This document shows, in pieces, positions 55,399-64,000 of a stretch of 64,000 nt of DNA. The stretch is from assembly GCA_029762535.1 (NCBI GenBank), contig JARVGK010000001.1, positions 64,001 to 128,000 of the forward strand, written 5' to 3'. The notes under the pieces were generated by a model. The model worked only from the letters and a program-made list of their open reading frames with translations, was not told the DNA's origin and did not search any database. Within the stretch, counting starts at the first letter, position 1, and the number at the start of each line of letters is the position of its first letter. The position numbers were made by a program, and so were the translations under genes. The stretch is from Thermoplasmatota archaeon (GTDB lineage: Archaea; Thermoplasmatota; Penumbrarchaeia; Penumbrarchaeales; Penumbrarchaeaceae).

Positions 55399-58398
55399 TT
55401 ACTCTTCCAGGCCTTCCTCTTTTGGTTTCATGAGGAAGAAACTTATGGCCGCGATGACCAGAATGACAGCCAGTGCATATAGGAGAAGGGGTATGGTCTG
55501 CCCGTAGAGCTTGGCGCTCTCCTCCTTGTCCTTGGCGAAATCGCCCCAGTATTTCACAGAGCCCTTGTTGTCGTCGATGTCCTCGGGGACCTGCTTGTAA
55601 TATACATAGGCGATCTCGTTGTCCTTCGATCTCAGCAGCTGGTCGAGGCCATGCGCCGCCTTGAGCTTTCCCAGCAGGGCGAGGTTCTCCTTTGTCCCAA
55701 CCACGAGCGCCATCTGTCCGGCGACCGTTTCCTCATCGAACTCGAGGTCTAGCTCGAGGGCCGGCTCTATCCCGTCGGCCACCAGTAGGGCGTTGGAAAG
55801 TGCCGCCGCCTTGGCCGTCGCCATTGCAGAGTCCTCTGGGGGCATGGAGACCTCGGCCGATATGATCTCGATCCCCTGTTGGCCTATCGCCCATCCGATG
55901 AAGACATTGGCCATCTGGAAGCCCATGAGGGTCTGTGTGTCCGAGTACATCTCTATGACGTATATGGGGTCCAGGCTCAGGTTGGTGTACACGTTCATGG
56001 TGATGTTGGTGTCCAGAATGGAGCCGGTCGTCCTGTCGACCATCCATCTCTGCGTCGTTATGACATGGACACTTAGGTTCATCCCTATGAAAGCGGGGTT
56101 GAACAGGCCCGCGTCCATTATCGTCATGTTCTCCCATAGATACTTGACGGCATCATCCGTGTAGGATGTCATGTTGGCTATGCCGAAGAGCATCTGTTCC
56201 GACATTTTCATCATCATCGGATACGCGGGAACCGACATGGGGTTCGGCGGGAAGTTCCAATAGGTCCCGGTCGGCTCCAATGTCTCGTTCAGTATCCTGT
56301 GAGTGTCGACGTCGATCGGGAAGGAGCTCATGGACGGGGGCAGGAAATCGGACCCGTCGTCGTATTCGACCGCGCTCTCCACGTCTATCATGGCGATCCC
56401 GTCCGCCAGATAGGAGCTGGTCACGTGATTCGTCATGGTCAGGTTATCGCCTCCCAGGGAGCCCTTGAGAACCGACGTTGAATCCAGGTCATAGTATATC
56501 TCCCGATATGTGGGCGGATATATCGTGTTCGATATGCTGCGCTGCAGGTCCAGGAGCGAACCGGTGTTCAAGTCGACGGTGTAGACGAACTCGCAGGAAT
56601 ATTTCATGACCACGCCCGGCTGGAGGGGCATTCCTATTAGGGATTCGGCAGCTTCAGGAGGGATCGTGACATTGTTCGCGGCCATTCGGTATGTCGCGGC
56701 GTCCCTTCCCAGGAATATCACCTCTCCCGTCAGTGGGGCCGGGAGCGATATGCCAAGATCGGAGTTGTACAGGGTGAAATTGTCCATAAGTTCCCCCTCT
56801 TCGTTCGCTATTCCCACCGGGAAGGTGAAATAACCGGTCCTTGGAACGTTCGACCATCCATCCACGTTCACGTATTCCATCGTATATGCGTCCACCCCGA
56901 ACCTCGATCCCACGGGCGGTGAGTATACTGTACCGTTGGGATATTCCATCCATGTGGTCTCGGTGATCTTCGCGGTGGAGGAGCTCTCATCGGTGTAGCC
57001 GGAGCAGTTGATCATCTGTACCGCTATCAGATCGATCGTCTCCGTCGGACCGGTGAACGGCGTCACCGTTGTGAGCCTCGTATTGAAATGCATGGTCTTA
57101 TCGATCTGAGTGGTGTCCAGAGGCAGCCTTCTCGCGTCCTGCTCCCGCCAGTTCGTGATGCTCTTTTTCACATCGAGGACGATCCCAGTGGCCGGTTCAA
57201 CGTAGTAGCGCATGTTCAATGTCGCTGTGCCTCCGGGCATGTACGGTTCCACCTCAACGTTGACGTCATAGATGTAGGCTGTGTGAGGAGAGTAGGCAGT
57301 TGTATCCATACCTGTATAGGCCGCTGTGACCTCTTTGCCGAAGCCATCGTCCCAGAAGGTGTAGTTGATGGGTTCCACCCCTGTGATCGGGAACAGGTAA
57401 TGTCCGGTCCTGCCAACCCCCTTGTGCATCCCTGTTACGGGATCGATCTCGACATCTATATGAGAGGAGAGCAGATCTATCCTGAAGCCCAAGGGGTCGA
57501 AAACATCGATCGTTTCGGTTATGTTAAGGGATCCACCATACGGGGAGCCGAGCAGGTTCCTGACGGCGGTGATATTTTCCAGTTCCATGAAGGAGTATGC
57601 GGCCTGATCGAACATACGAAGGGAACCCGAAAAAGAGGTCGTCGAGTTCAGGTCGTCAGGATACTTCACTGGAGGTATCGGTGGAAGTACGGGAAGAAAT
57701 AGATATTGCCTGATCTCCTTGGCGAAATCGACTATCGTCCCGGTCATCGGGTGTACCCATGCCTTTTCCCAGAGGGAGAGGGTCATTGAGGAGTTGGGTG
57801 GCAGTCCGGCCGCCTGCTCCGGGGTCAGAGGTATGGAATAATTGATCTCCTCCCCTCTGAAGACATAGCAGTTCACGCCTCCCCTCTCCTCCTCGCCCAT
57901 GTAATGGGCCTCGGAATACGTCAGTATGTTCATGTTCCACACCTTCGCGTCCTTCTTCTCGAGAGGGTGGGGGAATATCCACTGCACCTCATCTTCGGCG
58001 GTGTAGGTCTTGTCGTAACCCTGGAAATTCTCAACATGATACAATATCAGTTCGTGACCGTCGACCGTGTATCTGTGATGCTTATCGAGATCGGGTATGG
58101 CCAATCCGCTCCCGTTGGTCTTGCCGGAGATCCTCTCGTCTATGAGCAGTCTATCCGATGAGAGCACCTCTTCGACCATGATATGTCTGTCCACAGTGAA
58201 ATTCACCCGATCGGACTGGCCATTTGACAGGTTCAACTTCTCCATGTATCCCCCATATGTGAAATGCTCATCGAAATCCTCTGGAAAGGGTGCCTTCTGG
58301 GCCTTCGAGACCTCGTTCATGAAGAAAGCACCCGCACTCGCGGCTATCAATCCCAGCGCTATGAATACAACTCCCAGAACCATGTTCATTTTCGCCAA
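55399..58398 (-). CDS. doubly membrane-anchored protein with four DUF3068/PorA-like repeats
   Basis: N- and C-terminal TMs. Four units, each with an aromatic-FP motif and a V(H/E/D)..TG...D motif. TTG start after GGAGGTG. Confidence 0.65.
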   Translation of the reverse strand: MAKMNMVLGVVFIALGLIAASAGAFFMNEVSKAQKAPFPEDFDEHFTYGGYMEKLNLSNGQSDRVNFTVDRHIMVEEVLSSDRLLIDERISGKTNGSGLAIPDLDKHHRYTVDGHELILYHVENFQGYDKTYTAEDEVQWIFPHPLEKKDAKVWNMNILTYSEAHYMGEEERGGVNCYVFRGEEINYSIPLTPEQAAGLPPNSSMTLSLWEKAWVHPMTGTIVDFAKEIRQYLFLPVLPPIPPVKYPDDLNSTTSFSGSLRMFDQAAYSFMELENITAVRNLLGSPYGGSLNITETIDVFDPLGFRIDLLSSHIDVEIDPVTGMHKGVGRTGHYLFPITGVEPINYTFWDDGFGKEVTAAYTGMDTTAYSPHTAYIYDVNVEVEPYMPGGTATLNMRYYVEPATGIVLDVKKSITNWREQDARRLPLDTTQIDKTMHFNTRLTTVTPFTGPTETIDLIAVQMINCSGYTDESSSTAKITETTWMEYPNGTVYSPPVGSRFGVDAYTMEYVNVDGWSNVPRTGYFTFPVGIANEEGELMDNFTLYNSDLGISLPAPLTGEVIFLGRDAATYRMAANNVTIPPEAAESLIGMPLQPGVVMKYSCEFVYTVDLNTGSLLDLQRSISNTIYPPTYREIYYDLDSTSVLKGSLGGDNLTMTNHVTSSYLADGIAMIDVESAVEYDDGSDFLPPSMSSFPIDVDTHRILNETLEPTGTYWNFPPNPMSVPAYPMMMKMSEQMLFGIANMTSYTDDAVKYLWENMTIMDAGLFNPAFIGMNLSVHVITTQRWMVDRTTGSILDTNITMNVYTNLSLDPIYVIEMYSDTQTLMGFQMANVFIGWAIGQQGIEIISAEVSMPPEDSAMATAKAAALSNALLVADGIEPALELDLEFDEETVAGQMALVVGTKENLALLGKLKAAHGLDQLLRSKDNEIAYVYYKQVPEDIDDNKGSVKYWGDFAKDKEESAKLYGQTIPLLLYALAVILVIAAISFFLMKPKEEGLEE

Positions 58399-58599
58399 AC
58401 TAAAACACCTCCTTGTGATGCCATGCTCCTTCCAGGGCCCCCACTTCTTTTTGTAAGCACTTTCCTATATATAAAATGGTCTGAATTAGGAATTTTGGGA
58501 TAAGGATACAGAACGTGGGTCTCAAAGGGACCTGAAAGTGTTCTCCGACTTGCTCGAATATATGAAAAGCTTATTACTGCGTATTTTTTTAGCCCGTGG

Positions 58600-59286
58600 A
58601 TGGCAGATCCGTTGGCCTATCTCCCGGAAAGGATATTCCTCAAGCCCATAATCATGAGGTTCCTGATAAAAAGCGTAGAAGGGGCCGAGAACCTCGGCAG
58701 GGATACGCCCTACATCTTCGCATCGAACCACAACAGCCATTTCGATGAGTTCGTCCTGATGCCTCCGATATTCCTTTCCACGAAAAGGATCACTCATTTC
58801 TTCGCGGACAGGAAGCATTGGTTCCAGGGGAAGCTCTACTTCAGGTTGCTGGCATGGCGTTTCAAGGCCATACCCGTTGACAGGGGCAAGGGTACAGGCG
58901 ACCAGGCCATACTACGAGGCGTCAAAATGCTTGAGAAAGGGCACAACGTCATCATCTACCCCGAAGGGACCCGGGGCAGCTGTTTCGAGGTGGGAAAGGG
59001 CCGTATCGGGGTTGCGAAGATGTCGTTGTTGTCCCGGACCCCCGTCGTTCCCGTTGGCGTTTACGGGACCCATCTTCTCATGCCCAAAGGGGACCACAAA
59101 CCCAAGATCAAGAGGGTCGTGAAGATCAAGATAGGAGAACCGATACACTTCACCGATTGCTGGGGACGGGATCCCGACGAGGAAATGCTCAGGAGCATGA
59201 CGGACAGGATCATGACCGAGATAGCGAAACTCCTTGGCCAGGAATACAAACATTGTACGGGCGGATCTCAGTCCACATCTCCCTGA
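58600..59286 (+). CDS. plsC: lysophospholipid acyltransferase (PlsC family)
   Basis: NHNSHFD (HxxxxD), AIPVDRG, YPEGTR, PVVPVGV.G, IGEPI. Confidence 0.9.
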   Translation: MADPLAYLPERIFLKPIIMRFLIKSVEGAENLGRDTPYIFASNHNSHFDEFVLMPPIFLSTKRITHFFADRKHWFQGKLYFRLLAWRFKAIPVDRGKGTGDQAILRGVKMLEKGHNVIIYPEGTRGSCFEVGKGRIGVAKMSLLSRTPVVPVGVYGTHLLMPKGDHKPKIKRVVKIKIGEPIHFTDCWGRDPDEEMLRSMTDRIMTEIAKLLGQEYKHCTGGSQSTSP

Positions 59287-60131
59287 AGGCCGCATCCGGG
59301 GCATCGGAACCTGGTCCGTCCTCTGACCGTGACCTCGAAATCCTCATCGCATCTGGGGCAGGTCAGCTCCAATGTCTCTCCAAGGCCATCTTCCTCCCAT
59401 TCCAGTATATCCTCTTCGGTTCGACCACCTTCATTCGACGTTTCGATATCGGAGAGGCCTTTGTCCACCCGATCGTGATCCCCTGCTCCACACTCAAGCG
59501 CTTCCAGTGTTCTTTTCGCCGCGGCATCTTCAGGGTTTATCGTGAGCGCTTTTCGTAATGATCGGTTGGCATCTTCCATCCTGCCGAGCTTCTTGAGTAC
59601 GATGCCCCTATTCGTCAATGCCTGGTGATCCCCCGGGTTGACCTGGATCGCCCTCTCGAAGCATATCAAAGCACTTTCGAAATCCTGATCCCTCATGGAC
59701 AGTACAAGTCCCATTAGGACCAGAGCTCCCGGATCGTTCTCGTCGATGGAAAGGGCTTTCTCCGCCTCGGAGTAGGCATTGTCGTATTCTTTCATCCTCA
59801 TGAGCATGTCCCCATAGAAGACATGCGCCCATGGATCGTCATGAGAGAGCCTCATGCCTCTCTCGACCGCTCTCTTCGCGAGGTCCATCCTTCCGAGATG
59901 TGATAGCACCCTTGCCTTGGCGAACCAGAGGCTCCTGTCCGATAGATGCATCGCTAGTCCCATATCGTATCTCCTCAACGCGTCCTGAGGAAACCCCTCA
60001 CGTTCGAGGACCAGCCCCTCGAGGTAAAGGTATCTGGGACGGGGCAGTTCATCCTTCAGAAGCTCCAGGGTATCCCTCGCTGAGGCGACATCCCCCTTTC
60101 TGAGGGCCCTGATGAGATCCTCCTCCGGCAT
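59268..60131 (-). CDS. TPR-repeat protein with C-terminal zinc ribbon
   Basis: About five TPRs (WFAKARVL..LGR; ALTNRGIVLKKLGR), acidic linker, CPRC...CPGC. Start 60131 overlaps the upstream stop (TGATG). Confidence 0.85.
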   Translation of the reverse strand: MPEEDLIRALRKGDVASARDTLELLKDELPRPRYLYLEGLVLEREGFPQDALRRYDMGLAMHLSDRSLWFAKARVLSHLGRMDLAKRAVERGMRLSHDDPWAHVFYGDMLMRMKEYDNAYSEAEKALSIDENDPGALVLMGLVLSMRDQDFESALICFERAIQVNPGDHQALTNRGIVLKKLGRMEDANRSLRKALTINPEDAAAKRTLEALECGAGDHDRVDKGLSDIETSNEGGRTEEDILEWEEDGLGETLELTCPRCDEDFEVTVRGRTRFRCPGCGLQGDVD

Positions 60132-60589
60132 CAATCCTCCGATGGGGTTTCTCCCCCGGTAATGGCTCTTTCGGGATCGTATATGAACACGTATCTGACC
60201 GGCTTTCGGGTCCTGCTCCCCGTCCAATAGCCGCAGGTAGGGCACGATCTACCCGTATTGACGATCCATCCGTAAAGCGTCTGGTTCCTGATATTCTCCA
60301 GAGAGGATGAGCACACAGGGCATTTATTCGCATTGAAGGGTTCATCGCTTTCGCGGCAGTGTATGAACATCTTAATCTCCGGCATGGAAGCCGCTATCCT
60401 CCGCAGCCTCTCAGGCGACAGCCTGTAGTGTGAACAGGTGTCGGAGCCGGCTATGTTGCGGAGTATGATGGCGTGCAGTTTGGTCTGGGACCTTATGGTC
60501 TTGTTCTCCATCAGGACCTTCAGGATGATCTCCCGGACCTTATCGGAGCTTGGAACTCTGTAACCGCCTTCCTCAGGGGGTCCATCCAT
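60131..60589 (-). CDS. conserved hypothetical zinc-ribbon protein
   Basis: YRVPS...SQ..L...S.ERLRRIA...CPVC...CPTCGY...P.RY.F. Confidence 0.7.
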   Translation of the reverse strand: MDGPPEEGGYRVPSSDKVREIILKVLMENKTIRSQTKLHAIILRNIAGSDTCSHYRLSPERLRRIAASMPEIKMFIHCRESDEPFNANKCPVCSSSLENIRNQTLYGWIVNTGRSCPTCGYWTGSRTRKPVRYVFIYDPERAITGGETPSED

Positions 60590-60623
60590 GTCAACCTTAA
60601 GTTATGTGTTAATAGAAAAACAA

Positions 60624-60734
60624 ATCGGATGAAGGAGTGGAAAAAGGACGGGGAGAAGGGGAAAGTGCCCCGTCCTTGGGGTTGGGATGCTTGCGGGAGG
60701 CAGGTGGAACTTGCCTCTGCCGCTCTCATCCGAT
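60624..60734 (-). ncRNA. candidate structured small RNA downstream of rps17e
   Basis: Minus-strand TTTTATAT box (60750-60743), two hairpins, terminal T5 tract, flanking 9-bp inverted repeat. Confidence 0.45.
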
Positions 60735-60783
60735 ACAAAAGGATATAAAACCGAGGTGAGGGGGGGTAGGCGAAAGAAATGCA

Positions 60784-60981
60784 TCATTCCATGCGCTGCA
60801 GAACCTTTCGATGCCTGATAATGTAGCCCGCCACCTTGTTTCGCAGGCTGTGGGATTGGAAATGTGCCAGTTCGGCCATTACCTTCTTGTTCTCCTCGAA
60901 ATCATCGCTGAACCTATCCGGGTACCTCTTCACCAGCTCCACGGCGGCTCTCTTTATGTATGTGGGCCTGATATTTCCCAT
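60784..60981 (-). CDS. rps17e: 30S ribosomal protein S17e
   Basis: MGNIRPTYIKR...FSDDFEENK...S.SLRNKVAGYI. Confidence 0.97.
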   Translation of the reverse strand: MGNIRPTYIKRAAVELVKRYPDRFSDDFEENKKVMAELAHFQSHSLRNKVAGYIIRHRKVLQRME

Positions 60982-61046
60982 GAAATTCACCTGACGAAGT
61001 GGCCGATTGAAGTTTTCATATTTATACATATCCGAGGGCTCGGCCC

Positions 61047-64000
61047 TCATTCCTCGAACTGGAGCTTCCTGGCCCTCCTTCCGCTGGAGATGGGCCCCTC
61101 GTCCTCGAAATCGATCGGATCATATTCGTAACCGCATTCATCGCACTCGTTGCCTTGTGACGATCGGGTCCCGCACTCGGGACAGGCCCAACCCCTGTCG
61201 ATCGACGAGGCACCACCTGTCGGCTCAGAGCCCTTCCTGGTGAGGACCAGGAATATGACCAGCGCCACGGCGAGCATTATCACGAAAGCCAGAAGAAGCA
61301 GGAAAAGGGTGGCCTGGTCGATCCCGTTCTGTTCGCTTTCGTCATCGATGATGGTGAGGGTTATGGTTCTGGTCTCGGTGTCCGTTCCGTCGTACACGGT
61401 CAGGGTGACGGTGTATGTCCCAACCTCATAGTATGTGTGGTCAACCTTCGGACCGACCTTCTCCCTCTGTATACCGTTGCTGAGATCGAAATCCCAGCTG
61501 AACGTCAGCTCGTCGCCGTCATCGTCGTACGATCCGCCGGCATCGAATAGGATCGTCTGCCTCACCTTTATTGGAGATTGGGGGCTCGCGAGCAGGTTCA
61601 CGATGGGTTTGCGGTTCGGTATGTCCAGGCTGTAGACTCCCGTACGCCTTATGAAGCTCCCGTCGCTGACCTCGAAATAATAGGAATGCTGTCCCGAGGG
61701 TAGTTGGACCTTCGAAGAGAGGTAGAAGGAGAATATCCTGTTATCCACCAGGAAACCCTCGTTAGTGATGGGATAAGTGGTTGTGTTGTCTATCACTATA
61801 CGGAAATCCATCGGATCGTCCCCGTCGGCGTCCCTGTATTCCACCTTGAACGTGTGGCCTTTGCCCGCATCCGATGGCTCCACATAGTTCTGGTTCGGAA
61901 CATGCCTCATCTCTGGCATATCGTTGTCAAGGATTCCTATGGCATAGCGCTTCGAGTGCAACCCGGATAGGTTGCCGTAGATGATCTTGTTGACGGTGTC
62001 GACTCCCGAGTGGGGGGCCGTGAGCCATGTTCGGGACCCCTCCTCGAAATGATACAGCCTGAGCCTGGATTCCACCATTCTGACAGGGAAGGCCTTCTCG
62101 GCGTATCCGATGGATATGTTCACCCATTCGAACCTGTACGCGGCGAAGGAGGGGAGCGGTCTGAACTCGATAATTGTCGAATACACGATCCTCGGGTCCG
62201 AAGCGGCGCCCTCGGGAGTTACTATGTTAACGATACCCCTCCCGTTGGGGTCGGATATACCATATGAGAGGCGGACCTTGACGTCGTTGACGTAATCTAT
62301 GAAGTCAGGATATGTGACGCGCTTCAATATCGTGAGGTTGATCCTATCCTCCGAATATGCCATCATGTCGTCGAACACTCTCAGGACAAGGGTAACGGTC
62401 CCGATCCCGCTTATCGTGGTCGCTGTCTTCTCGAGGCCGCCCTCGTACATAGAGCCGCTTCTTCCCTCTATTGACCATCGGTAGGTCAGGGGATCCCCCT
62501 CCGGATCGAAAGAGCCGGACGCGTCCAGCTCGATCTCCTCATCGGGGAAGATCATCATCCCCTCGGTCGGACCCATAATATTGGCGACGGGCGGCGTGTT
62601 GAGGGCTCCTACCGCTCTGATCAGGCCATCCCTTGTTGGTATCAAAATATGCCCTCCGGCAATGGCCAGCTCGCCCATCGGTTCCGATAGGAGGTCCAGC
62701 TCCCATGTGGTGGAATAGAGGTCCTGGTCGAGTGGTGAGAAGGATCGAATATGCCACGGTTCGGTTCCGGTCAGGACATGGAACGTGCGGTCGCCGGCCA
62801 CTATCCTGCCGGAGGGTGTTTTGTCCAATGTGACGTTGTTGTACTCTGTCCCGTTTCTGGCGTTCATGAAATGGACCGTCCTTCCGTTGAAGAAAGCGAT
62901 CCTCGTCCCGGGATAATCGAACGCGGGAGGGGCCGCGGGTCCTTGAGGAATATCGATGTGCCAGTACAGGTCCCTTCCGGGAACGGTGTCCGGGACCCCC
63001 TCATCGTCGTCCTTTTCATCGACGACTCCGTCGGCGTTGTCGTCCGGGTCATTGTCCATAGCGATGATCCCTCCTTCATGGGCCACCAGCAGCACGTCCC
63101 CGGATATCGACAGGTGCAGGGGATCCCCGCTCAAGACACCCTCGAGGGACATGTTCATTTTACGTTCCCCGGTTCCTGAATCGATGACGACGACCTCGCC
63201 CCCTACCGCGATGTAGACGTTCCAAGTGTCCGCCGCGAAGGGTGCGTCGATCCCGGCTTCGTAGCTCCATGATAGTTCTCCGGTGTCGTCATCATAGGAC
63301 CGGATGGTTCCGGCCGAATCGCGAAATACCACATTGGCCCCGGTGACGATCAGGGGAGAATGGACAGCGTGGGAGAGAGGGGTCCTCCAGATGACATCTC
63401 CGGCAGTGAAGGAGGTATCCTCCTCCGATATGAAATCTCCGTCGTTGTCAGCGTCCTTGAATCCGATCCAGTCGAAGGCCCATATCGCAAGGTCGTCCCC
63501 CGCGCAGAACACCTTGTTCGGGAAGCCCATGGACTGGTCCCGGTCGATCAGGAGGGCAGGTCTTCCCATGAAATTGACCGAAGCGTTGCGATAACTCCAG
63601 GCCAGATCCGGCGAGGTGGAGTCCTCGAAATACTCCATCGAGATCAGGGCCCCTTCGGGATCGACCATGAAGAGGGTCGAACCTATGGCCGAGGCGGATC
63701 CCGCCCCTCCATTGGTCATAAGCCACATGTCCTCAGCGGCCCCTGACCAGGGCCTTTCGAAAGCCCTCTCCCATAACGTTCTGTTGCTTGCCACGCTCTT
63801 GCGTGAAGCGCTGGTCAACCCGGGTCCGGACCCTGTCGATGTCCAGTAACCCTGCAGCTGCGATTCCACGCTCACAAGGAGGGAATCAAGGTTGTTTTTT
63901 TGGTCCCGGTCCCTCGGATGCGTATCGTATATCAATGCCGCTATGATGGGATACCCTTTGACCGCCCTCCACTGCACGGTGAAGGTGGTGGAGCCGAACG
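61047..64000 (-). CDS. surface protein with PQQ-like beta-propeller, two PKD domains, TM and cytoplasmic zinc ribbon (5' partial)
   Basis: D..TG...W repeats, LDASGSFDPEGDPLTYRW and FDAGGSYDDDGDELTFSWDFD PKD motifs, TM, CPECG...CDECG. Frame is open to the window edge. Confidence 0.8.
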   Translation of the reverse strand, partial: FGSTTFTVQWRAVKGYPIIAALIYDTHPRDRDQKNNLDSLLVSVESQLQGYWTSTGSGPGLTSASRKSVASNRTLWERAFERPWSGAAEDMWLMTNGGAGSASAIGSTLFMVDPEGALISMEYFEDSTSPDLAWSYRNASVNFMGRPALLIDRDQSMGFPNKVFCAGDDLAIWAFDWIGFKDADNDGDFISEEDTSFTAGDVIWRTPLSHAVHSPLIVTGANVVFRDSAGTIRSYDDDTGELSWSYEAGIDAPFAADTWNVYIAVGGEVVVIDSGTGERKMNMSLEGVLSGDPLHLSISGDVLLVAHEGGIIAMDNDPDDNADGVVDEKDDDEGVPDTVPGRDLYWHIDIPQGPAAPPAFDYPGTRIAFFNGRTVHFMNARNGTEYNNVTLDKTPSGRIVAGDRTFHVLTGTEPWHIRSFSPLDQDLYSTTWELDLLSEPMGELAIAGGHILIPTRDGLIRAVGALNTPPVANIMGPTEGMMIFPDEEIELDASGSFDPEGDPLTYRWSIEGRSGSMYEGGLEKTATTISGIGTVTLVLRVFDDMMAYSEDRINLTILKRVTYPDFIDYVNDVKVRLSYGISDPNGRGIVNIVTPEGAASDPRIVYSTIIEFRPLPSFAAYRFEWVNISIGYAEKAFPVRMVESRLRLYHFEEGSRTWLTAPHSGVDTVNKIIYGNLSGLHSKRYAIGILDNDMPEMRHVPNQNYVEPSDAGKGHTFKVEYRDADGDDPMDFRIVIDNTTTYPITNEGFLVDNRIFSFYLSSKVQLPSGQHSYYFEVSDGSFIRRTGVYSLDIPNRKPIVNLLASPQSPIKVRQTILFDAGGSYDDDGDELTFSWDFDLSNGIQREKVGPKVDHTYYEVGTYTVTLTVYDGTDTETRTITLTIIDDESEQNGIDQATLFLLLLAFVIMLAVALVIFLVLTRKGSEPTGGASSIDRGWACPECGTRSSQGNECDECGYEYDPIDFEDEGPISSGRRARKLQFEE

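Overview
Chromosomal window from an archaeon, most consistent with Thermoplasmatota. This is inferred from rps17e, Gar1, Taw1, Cdc48/VAT, DUF2240, an archaellum locus and GGTGA-type ribosome-binding sites (RBSs). It is GC-rich and gene-dense, and I saw no rRNA, tRNA, CRISPR array, integrase or transposase. Housekeeping genes include cysS, fhs, taw1, thiN, mtnA, aspA/fumC, RNase R, AK6-type kinase, a prenyl synthase and lipid enzymes. About 24 kb encodes very large membrane-anchored surface proteins (PKD, SBBP propeller, Ig-like/NEW3, choice-of-anchor X, DUF3068-like and DxDGDG Ca-binding repeats). The strongest candidates for new biology are: (1) a 1246-aa protein joining a DUF2226-like head, eight ~99-aa helical repeats, a bacterial DnaA-type AAA+ module without its DNA-binding domain, and a double zinc ribbon; (2) a tightly packed 7-gene run linking a J-domain protein, Cdc48, a PRC-barrel protein and a helical-repeat/JAMM protease fusion; (3) an archaellum operon (arlB-CDE-F-G-H-I-J) headed by two non-canonical genes; (4) two candidate intergenic sRNAs, 11 kb apart, sharing a 13-nt C-rich motif; (5) a tandem pair of Ca-binding secreted proteins with a 183-bp identical tract and unrelated central linkers. 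All family assignments come from motif recognition by eye, not database searches. Several start codons were adjusted from the ORF track using RBS/TATA context.
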